From Tubulanus polymorphus (Eukaryota; Animalia; Nemertea): a stretch of 64,000 nucleotides of DNA. Every line of letters begins with the position of its first letter. Position 1 is the stretch's first letter. The notes under the pieces are model-generated. The model made no database searches. It saw only the letters and a list, made by a program, of their open reading frames with translations, and was not told the DNA's origin. The stretch is from positions 8,520,850-8,584,849 of the forward strand of contig NC_134029.1 in assembly GCF_964204645.1 (NCBI RefSeq), given 5' to 3'. Positions 1 to 22,799 of the stretch are shown piece after piece. A program made the translations under genes and the position numbers.

Positions 1-828
1 GCTCAGAATTTTTAGTTGTCACTTTGTAAACACTTCACTAACAGATTTTACATCATAGTCTTACTAGGTTTGTTCTATATCTTTCATCTTGTTTAGGTGG
101 AGGATGGAACTACTGGAATTCAATATATTTTAGTGCCACCTAAGAGGTTTTTCGAATTTTATCTAAGGATGCTAAAATCGTTTAAAAATTGTTTACCCAG
201 ACACCCGATTGTGTCGGGTTAATAGCCGGCCAAATGCCCAGTTGCGGCTTAAGTCCAGAAATGTTCTTATATCTTAAAGCTGTTCTTTGCATTAGAACCA
301 ATTTAGGCTTAGTCCGGTCTTTATTTTGCGTGGTCAAAAATATAAAATAAACAATCTCTGCACATCAAATTTTCAATTTGATATCCAGCCCCCAAGTATC
401 CCCCGTAAAATATTTTGCACTTTCAGTGCAAGTACTCATTAATTCCTTTGTTGCACAACTGGCACCTCGTATTTGTCGACGGGCCATCCTATCTTCTTTA
501 ATCCTGGATTGAAAACTCTGATGATCTCATCAATTGACCGAAAACCCCTTTAACGAATATTTACACGGTTCTCGACACATATATAGCGATGATAAAGCCG
601 GTTATATCGCTGCGGATAAATTCGGTATTCAAGTCGAATTGATGAAGGCTCTCTTAAAACATACAGATGGCTGTCCAGGGAGGAATCCTGTCAACTCGAC
701 GCGCAATTAGAATGCATGCGAGGTGTATAACAAAGAGCAAAAAATTCAAATATAGCTGCAAAACAGCGATAACGGGTTTTCTGCCGTGTACGTATCCGAA
801 ATGAAAGTAACAATAGATTATCGAAATA

Positions 829-990
829 CAGTCAATGCCGCTTAATCGGGATCGGCTTAATCCAAATTTTGGTCTATTCCGGACAGTATTTGCAGTCCAT
901 TTCTTCAGCAATATACAAGAAAATGACTTTTAATCCAGATTTCCCGTATTCTGTTGGTCCCAATTGATCTGAATTAAGCGGGTTCTACTG
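829..990. mobile_element. Tc1/mariner-type MITE (TA|CAGT...ACTG|TA)
   Basis: Imperfect TIRs cagtcaatgccgcttaat / attaagcgggttctactg, flanked by TA on both sides. Related ends occur near 5830, 15230, 21465, 60835-60977 and 63240. Confidence 0.55.
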
Positions 991-3859
991 TATTGCATTG
1001 TCGGGATTGGCACCTGATGAGGCGACTCGCACCATTACATTATCACGTGATCCTGAAAATAACTGGAAAAGAGGTTGCCGGAGATGACATAGGCAATGGA
1101 CCCTATTGTAGTACGTCGGCCGGATATCGTTTGGCGGCACTGTGGCAGATGCCATCTTGAATCTGCGTCGAATTATATCGGCGAATTATAACTTGATAAC
1201 TGATAACTTGCGCTATATGGGAAGCAAGATTATGCGAATGTGGAATACTCTTTAACCTGCCGACTACTCCTCAAAATGCTCTTACCACTTCACCATCAGG
1301 TCTGGCCAGCTCGTGCCACAAAAAAAGACCATTTCATGTACTATATCTAAATCAGGTCGGGTTCAGACATTCGAACGGGTTTTGGCTACGTAGTCTATTT
1401 CAGGGAATTCTTGGTTATTTTGTTGATCAAAATGTTAATAAAGCTTGTTGTCGTATTGAAAAGGAGTTACAACGTGATAACATTGCCTGGAATAGATTAA
1501 ATGAAAAATAAATCACACGACAATAATTGGTCGGCACAAAACCCTAATTAACAAATATCCAAATATAGCAAAATTGCATGAATCAATATGAACCTTGATA
1601 CCTTAGAAACCTATACGCCTATTGCTGATCATATGTGTGCACAAATACCCCGAAACCCATATCTAGCTTTCGCGTAATCTAATTTCAAAACCAAAATTCC
1701 TGCTAAATCCTCTACACCAACACTATTTATGCACATTGCCACAAACCACCTTAGTAATACAGCAAAATTCGGATAAGTTGTCAGCAGATGTCATCATATC
1801 AAACCTAATCATCAATATTTCTTATTTCTGAGTCACAATTTTGCAGTTCAATTTACTATGTGTAAGTCATTTGGATTATTCAACATATAATGATTATCCC
1901 AGCTCAGACAACTTGACCAAATCATAAAGTACATATTTTCCTGATTGTCAACTCTCTTCCCAGCATACCCAATGTTAGGTAGTACGTGAATAGGGAGTCC
2001 ATAGTGGGAAAACTGAGGCTAAAGTACATGTAATCACTTCTTGATATTCAGAGCACTTTTTAACCACTTTTGAAAAGCAAAGGTGACACTTTAATCATCT
2101 TAGACCGCCGATGTGCTAATCCACAACACAAATCATCGAAGCCATATGGCATTAATATAAGCATAAGACATAATTGCTGAAAAAATAACTTGGGATTATG
2201 AAAGCCCGAAGTAAGCCCTTCCCAAGGGCCTTACTAAATGAAAAATAAACACTCTTGAGGAGACTTGCCACAATCCCTACAGTTTATGTAATTTACGAAT
2301 AGCCCCCAGACCCAGGCCATTCAGAAAATGTCAATTTGGGAGGTCCTTTTAGTGTACCGGTAGGTAAGAGTCAGTGTCATATGTCTCAAACAGAATCAAA
2401 GCGTTTGGTACTCGCAGCTCCCATGGTCAAATATGAACATGTCAACTTTACTATCACAGCAGATTTCGAAACCGCCATCCGTGTTTTAGGTTTCAGGGTT
2501 TCAGTGCCTTAACATTTTTAGTACATCGCATTGGCAAGCACTGTATCCCTTTAAACTTTGTAACACACCCTGTATTGAAATTAATATCGATTATCCATTA
2601 TATTTCATGTATTGTGATATGGATATTTTCGAAAAAAACCCATCTATCTATATATCTTTTAGAGTGCTGTTTAAGCTACGCAGAACATTGGGCAATTATT
2701 TCCAGGAAAAAAATCTGGTACTACGTCACAAATTTTTCAATACAAAGCAAATATACTGCATGACAGTGCTGCCATCATTTAAGATCGTTCGGAACTAAAA
2801 CACTTACCGGCCGAATCAATTCCCAGCAATTCCTCAGACACACCGGAAATCCTTAGATCAATTATACATATAATTAAGTAATCTTTTTCGCGGTGAAATA
2901 ATAGGATTTTCCTCAGATTACGTTTACTGTAGTAATTGCCCCAGGTGTTGTATGCTATCATCAAAGCATTGATGAAAATCATAAAATCATTCAAAATAGC
3001 TGAACTACAGAAGAATTTGAATATAATTCCACCAACCGTAGACAATTTTTTAAGGAGAATTAAAAGCCTCCGAAAGGTGTGAATTTTGACTTTCAAAAAT
3101 TCCCATTACAAAAGTCTGTATGTATGACTCCTCTCGCCTCAGGTTATCACCGGCTCCTAAGAAATTTCGATCAATTTCATTCCAATTATGTAGTTCCGAA
3201 AATGCATCAAATTCTTTTGTTCCAAGAAGAGATTTATTCATTTTCTATACATATAATTTTACATGCCAGTACATTCTATGATTATGGTTGTACAAAAAAT
3301 CAAAAACATTTACACAGATTTTAGGATGATGAATCGCAGGATTCAATTATTCGCATAAATAAATAATATACGCGAGACTAACTCGCTTAAATGCATATTT
3401 GATATCCGTAGTTAAAAATATACACCAACAAAATTTCACATTCGACACTACACACATCTCGATAGGAAAATTGGACAAATCTTCAAAAACTAATGACAGT
3501 TTTTCTACTTATTTCAGGGCCGTAATGAAAACTTATTCCGATGAAAATAACTACGTTTCAATGGGAAGGAAAACTGATCTATGAATCTAACCAATTCTGA
3601 CCGACAATTGATTTAATATTGGGGCAGATATACATATATTCAGCTACATAGAATCAGGACTCATAAATCTCTATCAATTAAATCTACATTTACCTTCTGG
3701 TTTATTGCATACATCATAATTCATTAACCCCCTTATTAGAATGTGTAGTATTAAGCATAAAGAGCTTAGTGTCCCAATAATCTACATTGTCTATTAGTGA
3801 GGCGTATTAGATAGTATTCACGGTTACAAATTCATGTCAACATGTCGAATGATACAGTA

Positions 3860-4250
3860 TCATTCAATGACTCTATCCATGACTCCATACGACTCCGTTG
3901 GCTGAACCGTGTCAATGACTCCAAATGAACACTATCGATGACTCCAACTGAACAAGTCAATAACCCCAACTGAACACAAAATTAACACTATTAGAAACTC
4001 TGCATCCTGCGTCAATGACTCCAAATAAACAGTGTCAATCAATGAATCAAAATAAACTATCAATGACTCCAAATGGACAGTGTCAGAGATTCCAAATAAA
4101 CGCTAATGACTCCAAAGGAACAATGTCGGTGACTCCAAATGAACAGTGTCGATAATTCCAAATAAACGCTTATGTCTCCAAATGAACATTGTCAGTGATT
4201 CCAAATAAACTCCTATGACTCCAAATGAACAGTGTCGATGATTCAAATGA
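3860..4250. repeat. Degenerate minisatellite, ~20-23 bp unit
   Basis: Repeated atgactccaaatgaacagtgtc(a)-like units with frequent substitutions. Confidence 0.85.
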
Positions 4251-4450
4251 CGTTTTTTTTTCACACAGTCACATTAACCTTAATTATCTACTCTTTTTTA
4301 TACGTAATCCAGTCAGTCAGTTAATCCGAAATAATCCTACAGGTGACACCACTAAGTTTCTGATCCTGCAAGCGTGAATGAATATTTAAGCACTGAACAT
4401 CGAACTTAAACGTTGCATGCACTGAACATTTCTGCCTACCCTCTCATTCT

Positions 4451-4484
<34 letters not shown>
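4451..4484. repeat. (TA)n microsatellite
   Basis: Directly visible dinucleotide run. Others: (TG)n near 21968 and 38631, (GA)n near 44426, (TA)n near 53696. Confidence 0.9.
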
Positions 4485-4486
<2 letters not shown>

Positions 4487-5089
4487 ATCCCATGTTTCAT
4501 GTTCGTTCACGTTGACGAGGCCCTGAAAAATGTCACAGAACTATATAAGGCACAAGTTGATTAACGACGACTAAAACGTGGCGCGTTTCTCCGCGATATG
4601 CTAACAGTATGTACTGTTTCTCCTGTGTTTTGATGTTAATATTTTATTGCATGTCATTTCCTATGTAACTTGTATATTATATGGAGCAATAAAATTAAAG
4701 TTCAAGTTATCCATCATGAACTTCTCCTTAGAAGAAGCAGATCTCACATTTGAAGGGAGTTGTTTTCATGTGAACGAGAAGGGCATGTATCCTAGTAAGC
4801 GCTGTAGGCATCAAACAAAAATCAGCTGACAAGGTATGGTGATAAAGACGCAATTTCATGCAATCTGAGGGCATTTCGAAATCTGTTGGAAAATATTGAA
4901 TGTTTTTTTTTTAAATTTCATTGGCAGTCTTTGGAGAGGCACTCAATCAAAACAGGGGTCTGTCTGTCCATGAGAGATTCATCATGGACAGCAATGAGAA
5001 ATTCACCTATGAGAAATTCAAGATGGCCACCAAGAAAATTTATTTGTAGGCAGTGTGGCAGGTAGTAATGAAAAATTCAAAACCACCAT

Positions 5090-5344
5090 TGCGGCCACAT
5101 TCCACCCGTTAAGAAATCCCCCGAGTTCACCCTGGTTTTTCCATGCGATTACACAAGATTCTCAGAGCATGAATCAGAGAAATCTCTCAGTTTAAAATGT
5201 TACCATTCATTCATTTTCCATTGAATCACATACACTGATGAAGAAGCATGTGGTCAATAACATTATCTGAATTTCCCAAGTTTTCGGTAAAATTTGCCGA
5301 ATTCCCAGGAGTTTTTCAGGGTTTCCTGGTCAGTGGCCACCCTG
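5090..5344. mobile_element. MITE of a CAGGGTGGCCAC-ended family
   Basis: Ends ...cagtggccaccctg and has internal aaattccc(c/t)ga repeats. Homologous to 8278-8556, 14695-15162 and ~22990-23180. Confidence 0.6.
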
Positions 5345-5469
5345 ACATTGGACAGTAGATGATCAGCATTTTCAATACGGGATAGACACTTCCCTCGTTC
5401 AAACTCATACCCCAAGTTTAACGAGAATCGATTGAGATTAGCACAATGCTTGGATTACAGCGGGAATAC

Positions 5470-8400
5470 TTACAGATTTCCAGCCCGTAGAGCTTGTATC
5501 AGACGTCGTCGAGCGTCAATTACTTTTTGTTCTTGCCGACGAACGTCGTCGTCGTTTATCATAACCGACTGAAAACCATCGAAGAGATTACGATATATAA
5601 ACAGCAACAAACCAACAAACCCGAGAACTACCCGTGAGAGAAAGGAATCACTCCTCAGGACCTCGTGACTTGGATACCCGACAGGGTCCCTACATAGATC
5701 GGTCATTCTTGAATGGAATTTCAAAGAAAATTTCAAATTTCGAGGAAGTGTCTGCATCACTTTCATATCCTTGTATATCATAGTACTCAAAGGACAATAA
5801 AGATATATAGAATTGAATTATCCCGATTACTGTAGACTCCTTCTAAATTGGTAATGTTTATCCCGGTATACCAATGGTTTTGTGAACAGATTTTCATCTT
5901 ACACACTTCCTAATTCGGTAACCTCCCAAGTGTGTAAAAAAAAAACTAGGGGTCCAGGGACACCATGCCCACTTGGGAAGTGGTTTCAAATGCTCAACAA
6001 TCTAACAATTTCAATATTCAACGTCCCCTGGTGCCCATTTACAAAAACCAATGACCTTAAAACTCACCACAATCATAGAACATGTCAGCAGCTACGATTT
6101 TGTAATTGATTGTGATAACAAAATATGCCTCGTTACCAATTTAATATGGAAATACTAAGTCATTCTACTATTCAACGCCTCCTGGTGACCATATTCAAAA
6201 CCCAATGACCTCGAAACTCGCCACAATCATAGAACATGTCATGAACTACAACTTTGCAATTGATCATGGTAACAAAATATGCCTAGGTACCAATATAATA
6301 AGGAAATACTAAGTCATTCTACTATTCAACGCCCCCTGGTGACCATATTTAAAACCCAATGACCTCGAGACTCACCACAATCATAGAACATGTCATGAAC
6401 TACAACTTTGCAATTGATCATGGTAACAAAATATGCCTAGGTACCAATATAATAAGGAAATACTAAGTTATTCTACTATTCAACGCTCCCTGGTGACCAC
6501 TTAAACTTATGTCCTTAAAACTCACAACAATCATAGATGATGTCATGAGCTACAACTTTCCAATTGATTGTGGTTACAAAATATTCATAGGTACGAATAT
6601 AATAAAGAAATGCTAAGATATTGTATTATTCAACGCCCCCTGGTGGCCATATACGAAATCCAATTACCTTGAAACTCACCACAATCATAGAACACGTTAT
6701 GAGCTACAACTTTCTAATTGATTGTGGTAGCAAAATACGCTTAGGTATCAATATAATGTGGAAAAACTTTTTCCCACTTACGAATGAGTACTGGTTACAC
6801 CAAGATGGCCGCCAATTGCGTCATAATTGGCTGATGAAAAATACCTGTCTCAGGTATAATACATCCCTTTCCAAAGAACACCCATCACAAATTGTAATGA
6901 GAAATGGCAAACCAGTAGGAAGCTACAGACTCAGAATTCGGGCCAAAATTAACATTTTTGGGCACTAAAAAGGTCATAGGACGGCCATCTTGAGTCCGAC
7001 CGACCCAATTTTTGTTATGTTGATGGGCCCTGGGGGGATTCACATATATCCGAAAGATCAAGGTAATTGATCAAAGCCTCTTCAAAATTTCCCTCAAAAA
7101 GTTCAAAAATGTGTAAAAAGTGCTGATTTTGGCGAACAACAATGGCTGCCAGTCGGCCATCTTGATTCTGACAGGGCCAGTTTTTCGGCTGAAGATGTGT
7201 CTAGGGTAGATACCTGTGTAACCCAAATATCAAGACGTTACCTTGAAGCGTCTTCAAAACTTCCCAAAATAACTGGATTCCGTCTACGGACGGACGACGG
7301 ACGAAAAGTGAACGCAATAGCCCGCTGGGACTAAAGTCCCAAGTGGGCTAAAAATCCTGGTCTCAATTGTACCGATTAAGGCATAGTCTACTGTACAACT
7401 GTAAACTCGACAAAAATTTCCTGCCCGGTATTCTCAGAGCCATCCCTATAGGATACGTGTGTTAAAGTGCGACAAGATAGAAAGCCCTGTAAGCACAGTG
7501 GGGCTCTGGCGGCGCTGAATCAAACTAATGGTCACTCAGACACCATGCCCACTCGTTAAAATTCTTTTCAATCTCAGATGACTTCAATATACGATACCAC
7601 TCAGTGACCAAATACGGATCCATTTAGGACGGAATTGAGGAGCGAGAAGGCTCAACAGATTTAAGCAGTACACACCTGTATCATCGGTTGATCGGCGTTG
7701 ATATGAACGCCGGGATTTTTCTGTAGTTGAACTTTCGAAGCTTCCTGTCCGAGAACCGGCGTGCTGTTATTGTGCAAGCACGCCGCTATACTCTGCAGCA
7801 AATTCTCGTCGGTTAAAGCCGGGCCGATGCCTTGAAAAAATGAAATAACGAATCATCATAGCATAATGATAATAGTCCAATTGGTTATTGCAATCTGTTC
7901 ATGCATCGGGGACAGAACGAACGAGGAGCCTAAGACCTCTGTAAGACCCTAGATATGTGAAGTGCCGGTTTATCTAAAGGTACTATTTTCCAAGTGGAGC
8001 ACAATTTTGTCTAAAACAATCTAAAAGCCAATCAAAGTCTTTGAAATTCAAACTGCTAAATGCTCGTTAACTTACTTTCCAATATCAAATATTTGAATGT
8101 AAAATATCTTGAAAAATACCTCTAATATTTCTGGGCAAGTTGAATGGTTTAAACTTTTCTTCATCTTTGTCACAGGATGTCAACCCTTGCAGACGTTTCT
8201 CCCAGAATAGCTGTTAATTCAATAAAAAGATACAGTTTATAACTTTTTTCGGTTAGTTGACTAAACTCAACCATTCACAGGGTGGCCAGTTTCTGCCAAT
8301 TTACAAATTCCCCGAGTTTCCCTCGATTTAAACATGTTATAAGACTGAGTAATTCCGAGGAATTTCTTGGTTAAAAATGTTACATTTTATTCATTTTGTG

Positions 8401-11400
8401 TGAATCATTTAGTGATAAAGAAATGCGTGGTCAATGTTATATCCAAATTCCCTGAATTTTCCAGGTTTCCTTTTAAAACAAAATTTGTCAAATTCCCGAA
8501 GATTTCCCTGATTTCTTTATAGATTTTCTAAGTTTTCCACATCAGTTGCAAACCTGCCATTTAAGCTGGCAAAAATCTATTTCAATAATCTTCTAAGAGT
8601 GCCATATATTCATACAGTGCTGCAATAATTACATCCCACTCGGCAGGGATTCGCACCTGATGGCATCGAGACTCACCGCGGTACGAAACCCAGCCACACT
8701 AGCCTGAGCGCACAGCTCAGATGATTGTCATTATTAGCCGATCAGATATCCCTATTCATCCTAGCGCATGTTTTTCCATTCATTAGGTTATCTGTGAAAT
8801 TTGCCTTAGCAATTTTATGACGGGCAATCCGATTGGTGCAGCAAGTTTTCTTAAGCAAACCTCTCGTCTCGAGCTAGTGTGGGAGGGTTTCATACGGAGT
8901 ACCCTGGCGAGGCCATCAGGTTCGAGGGAGGATGAGACACACGAGGTATTACGTACTTGTTTAGGTTGGTCTTGAACACCGTGTTTCAGATCGGTTTTAG
9001 TTTTACTGTGAGATCGAGTTCGTTTTACCGTCACTGGCTGTTTGAATATCGACGCCGTCTGACGAATCGGCAAAGCCAAAGCCGCGTCGTGTCTCATCCC
9101 TGTAGCAGAATTAATAATAATACTAATAATAACAGTCATTTGTCATCAGAATTAAGAGAATTAATGAAGTCTAAGTTTTGTGGGGAAATCAATGATAGAA
9201 AATACTGAAGAAAGGGGTTTACGGTATTGTTTTTTTTTATCAGCAATGTATTGTCAACCTATTACCCCCCCCTCCCTAATCTTTGGACCAAAGATCTTTT
9301 CAGTTTCTTTTATACAAATTTCAAAATCGAAGGTGTTTGATATTCGAACACAGGTCGTTAAAACTAATTGACAATGAACTTAATTTTTGTTAATCAGGAA
9401 TTCTAAATTTATGCTATGGAAACAATGGATGGTACGGCAGATAAATAACAGGCCTAATATTGACAATAGTTACTTTTTCGAAGAGGATTCTGGTTGATTT
9501 TGCCCGATCGGAAATCGAACGACGCCAAGTCGAACGAATCGCCGAGTACTCGCGCCATCATTGGTTTCGTCCTTATTTTTCGACCATCGGGACTGAAAAG
9601 GTATAAGATTTCGCACATTTGAAATATTGTACATGAAGTGAATCAGGTGAACATTTAGGCCTGCATTATTCATGGTTCCAACAGATCCAGTAAGAAATCC
9701 AACTTTCCTGATATTTCCCTGACCCTCAATCGAAAATTCCCTGATTGAATTAAGAATACCCAGTATGGGCTATTTCTCTCCAGAGATTCCTTGTGCGACT
9801 CATCAACAAATATACACAGTTGACCGCCGGGACTGACAATATCCATACGATACAAGCGAAATATGGAATCAGCATAGCATATATTGAAGAGACTTATTCG
9901 CACCGAATGAAATATATGACATAAGTAATTCTATGAGATATGCAATGACGATATAGGCTCAAGCGTAATCAACTCTACTCACAAATTCCCTCATTTTCAA
10001 GAAAAGTCAGAATTCGCTGATTTTCTATAGGTAGATTAGAAAATAAATCTGGAATTTTCTGATCGGTATGAACCCTGTAGGCTATTCGGGTAGGCCTACT
10101 GCTAACAACTTAACAACAACTCCGAAAGACCCTAAAAAATTTGATATAATTTAGATAATGGCATCAGGCCTATTCCAGTTAACTGCTAGTTTGCAAACAT
10201 CTATAGGCCCCCCTATATAGTTGTCTTTGGTCTAGAGGGTTCATAGGATTAGGTTTAGGGTCCATTTCAGAGGTAGGGAACGAGCCTCGGTGGTTAAGTG
10301 GAAATACAAGCTACACTAGCAACACACAGGCTAGTCAGTAACCTGTCTGTGGTTTAGTTTCACGATCGGATATTTTCACAAACCACAGTCAGGAATGGGA
10401 AGGTCATTTTTGTATAAAATCTTCGTCAGCCAATTTGACTGACGAGTAATTTGCCTGGCATTTCATTGTCTCTTAAGATATCCGTCTAATTTTTGTTGTA
10501 ATCGACGCACAACAGATTCGTAGTTTGTCTGATACCTATAACACCTCACCTGACGATCTTAATCCATGTGCAAATCGGCCGTAAAGTGAGAGTAAATTTC
10601 CGTAGAGTCAACAGCTGCCATTTTGAAAATTACTGGAGGTGCTGGCACCTGTGGACTGAGGCCAGGACAACAGCACAAACTAACAAAGCGAAACGACGAA
10701 ATTGAAAAATATTAAGAAATCAACACTTATTCACATTTTTCTTTTACCAGAATTTATTATTTAAATATTAATTAAGGAAAACACGAAGATTTGAAATATA
10801 GGTTGGAGAACCATCAAAAATAAAAATTGTCGTTTCGTCTTGGAAGTTTTATATAAATCCTTGTAGGTCCCCTTGTCTTATCATGCCACATGTGCAATAC
10901 AGAGAAATGGCGGCCAATGGCGAAATTTGTGGAGAAATTAATTAATTTCTCAAAATAATGTTGATTAATCACTCGAAACATGCATAAAATTGGATTATTT
11001 CGAAAGGTACCTGTGTAAGTTTGTGAAATAAGCCATTAATTGTGGACTGAAGTGGATAGAAAGTATATTTTTGAAGTGTTACTTTTTTCAACCGTGTTTT
11101 GGCCCTTGTCATCCCTAACGTTGGTATAAGCCCATCCGATTATAAAAGCTTACCACCAACGATTAGGTAACTAACTACATACAGGCAAGCCCGGGTGCAA
11201 ATTCTCCACATTTTCTTCAGTATGATGGGCAGAGTAGCTAGGTCAATAGCAAAATGGCGTTAACAGGAATAATGCCACATTGGCATTATATCACCTGCCT
11301 AGGCTAAGGCTAAACCTTGATTCCCTCACAAATGACTAGGGGAAGGGTGAACTACAGTACAGGATTTAAGATTGGATTGGGATTCAGAAAGAAGCAATCC

Positions 11401-11683
11401 TGACCCCAGGATTCGTTCATATTCGAGTTCCTCTGTAGTCCATAGAGCCAATAAATACCGTCGGCAGCCGCAAAATAATTGACTGACATGACACGGACTT
11501 GACGGCGAGAAGAAAGGAAGCACCGACCGGTGCGCTGGCGGCACGCTTGTTTTTGGGAGCTTACCTGTAGTAATACACATCGGTTTTTCCGGCAGATAAA
11601 CCGGATTTTCTGATAATTTCTTCCCTTTTCCAACCAGAAGGCAAGCCGGCGCAAACCGAAAACCTTCTTTCAACCACGCTCAT
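5470..11683 (-). CDS. MBD2: Methyl-CpG-binding domain protein 2/3 (NuRD subunit), 6 coding exons
   Basis: Minus-strand exons 11683-11565, 9592-9474, 9099-8957, 8210-8120, 7830-7676 and 5568-5470, all GT-AG and in phase. Translation: MSVVERRFSVCAGLPSGWKREEIIRKSGLSAGKTDVYYYSPDGRKIRTKPMMARVLGDSFDLASFDFRSGK...LPIRQTASIFKQPVT...QPKQLFWEKRLQGL...KNPGVHINADQPMIQ...DDVRRQEQKVIDARRRLIQAL. This gives the MBD, the IRQTASIFKQPV motif and the p66-binding coiled coil. Likely the single invertebrate MBD2/3; the 3' end is uncertain. Confidence 0.93.
5941..7354 (-). mobile_element. Non-autonomous Helentron-type element (HINE/DINE-1-like) with internal 154-bp tandem array, in MBD2/3 intron 5
   Basis: Subterminal inverted repeats gcccacttggg (5967-5977) / cccaagtgggc (7338-7348), terminal hairpin 7318-7350, (GGAC)-type microsatellite ~7284-7303, A-run flanks with no TSD, and ~5 tandem units. 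Confidence 0.72.
6010..6760. repeat. Tandem array, ~5 x 154 bp
   Basis: ctactattcaacgc recurs at 6165, 6319 and 6473 (154-bp period), with more diverged copies on each side. Confidence 0.9.
8278..8556. mobile_element. MITE of the CAGGGTGGCCA family
   Basis: cagggtggccagt...agttgcaaacctg, with flanks ccattca / ccattta (possible ~7-bp TSD with one mismatch). Confidence 0.6.
8632..8934. mobile_element. Fold-back element with tRNA-like inverted arms (copy A)
   Basis: Left arm catcccactcggcagggattcgcacctgatggc..., right arm ...gctagtgtgg...gccatcaggttcgagggaggatg. Homologous to 12269-12884 and 52183-52500. Confidence 0.6.
10332..11177 (+). mobile_element. 846-bp non-autonomous DNA transposon (TAG...CTA termini), copy 1, in MBD2/3 intron 1
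   Basis: Reverse complement of 42080-42925, with only ~2 mismatches seen. 13-bp imperfect TIRs tagtcagtaacct / aggtaactaacta; flanking direct repeat cacacaggc / catacaggc. Strand is arbitrary. Confidence 0.88.
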
Positions 11684-12034
11684 CTCCTTCGATGGAAAAA
11701 CACGATGTTTTGGGGCGAAATTATACGAAGAATTTCAATAGCCGAACAACAAAGATTTAGCGTAGTGAATTCTGCGCGTCGGAAATAGTCCGACAGATTT
11801 ATAACACCGATTATAGATCCAAAGAGAGATTTCATATCTAATTACACAATTTTATCTAAATAGCAATTTATAGATATGATTTTAGATATATTGCATTAGC
11901 TACTAATTATTTCGGATGATCGAATGAATATGAAATAGCGCTTAGTTTCTTTTTCTTTTAACAGGGGGCAGCGGCTGACGGTAACCCGGAAGTGATCCTC
12001 CTTGTCAGCTGAATTGAATAGATGAAATGTCCAA
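11684..12034. promoter_or_regulatory. Bidirectional promoter region between MBD2/3 and HSD17B4
   Basis: Divergent ATGs at 11683(-) and 12035(+), 351 bp apart. ETS/GABP-type CCGGAAGTG at ~11986. Confidence 0.7.
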
Positions 12035-22501
<10,467 letters not shown>

Positions 22502-22799
22502 ACAATCATTCCTTCTTGACAAATCAACCGACAATTGAGAAACTTTGTTACAATAAACTTTCGGGACGTTATGAGTAATGAAATAATCTAAAATAGCATC
22601 TCCGGTGATTTAAACTTCTCATGTAGTATCCACAAGAATCCAAGAATAAGAACAAACCACCATAGTTTCCTTTGAACTAAAAACAGGTTGTCGAATAGAA
22701 TCAATAACAAAATATATATAATTTTTACAAAATTTTTATTTATTGTATCAATAAAATTAAGTTAAGTAAAATATACAAATGGGATTGCAATAGTTTTCT

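Noticed and set aside
1010-1050. CTGATGA hammerhead-like box
   Set aside because: No GAAA after a stem II; it looks like a fragment of the tRNA-like fold-back arm (gggatt..cacctgatg).
3860-4250. CRISPR-like periodicity
   Set aside because: Degenerate head-to-tail units without unique spacers, eukaryotic context and no cas genes.
6621-6968. 115-aa ORF
   Set aside because: Lies in the satellite unit and body of the Helentron-type element; no recognisable domain.
11326-11673. 115-aa and 100-aa minus-strand ORFs in the track
   Set aside because: Wrong frames overlapping MBD2/3 exon 1; the real frame starts at 11683 and splices at 11565.
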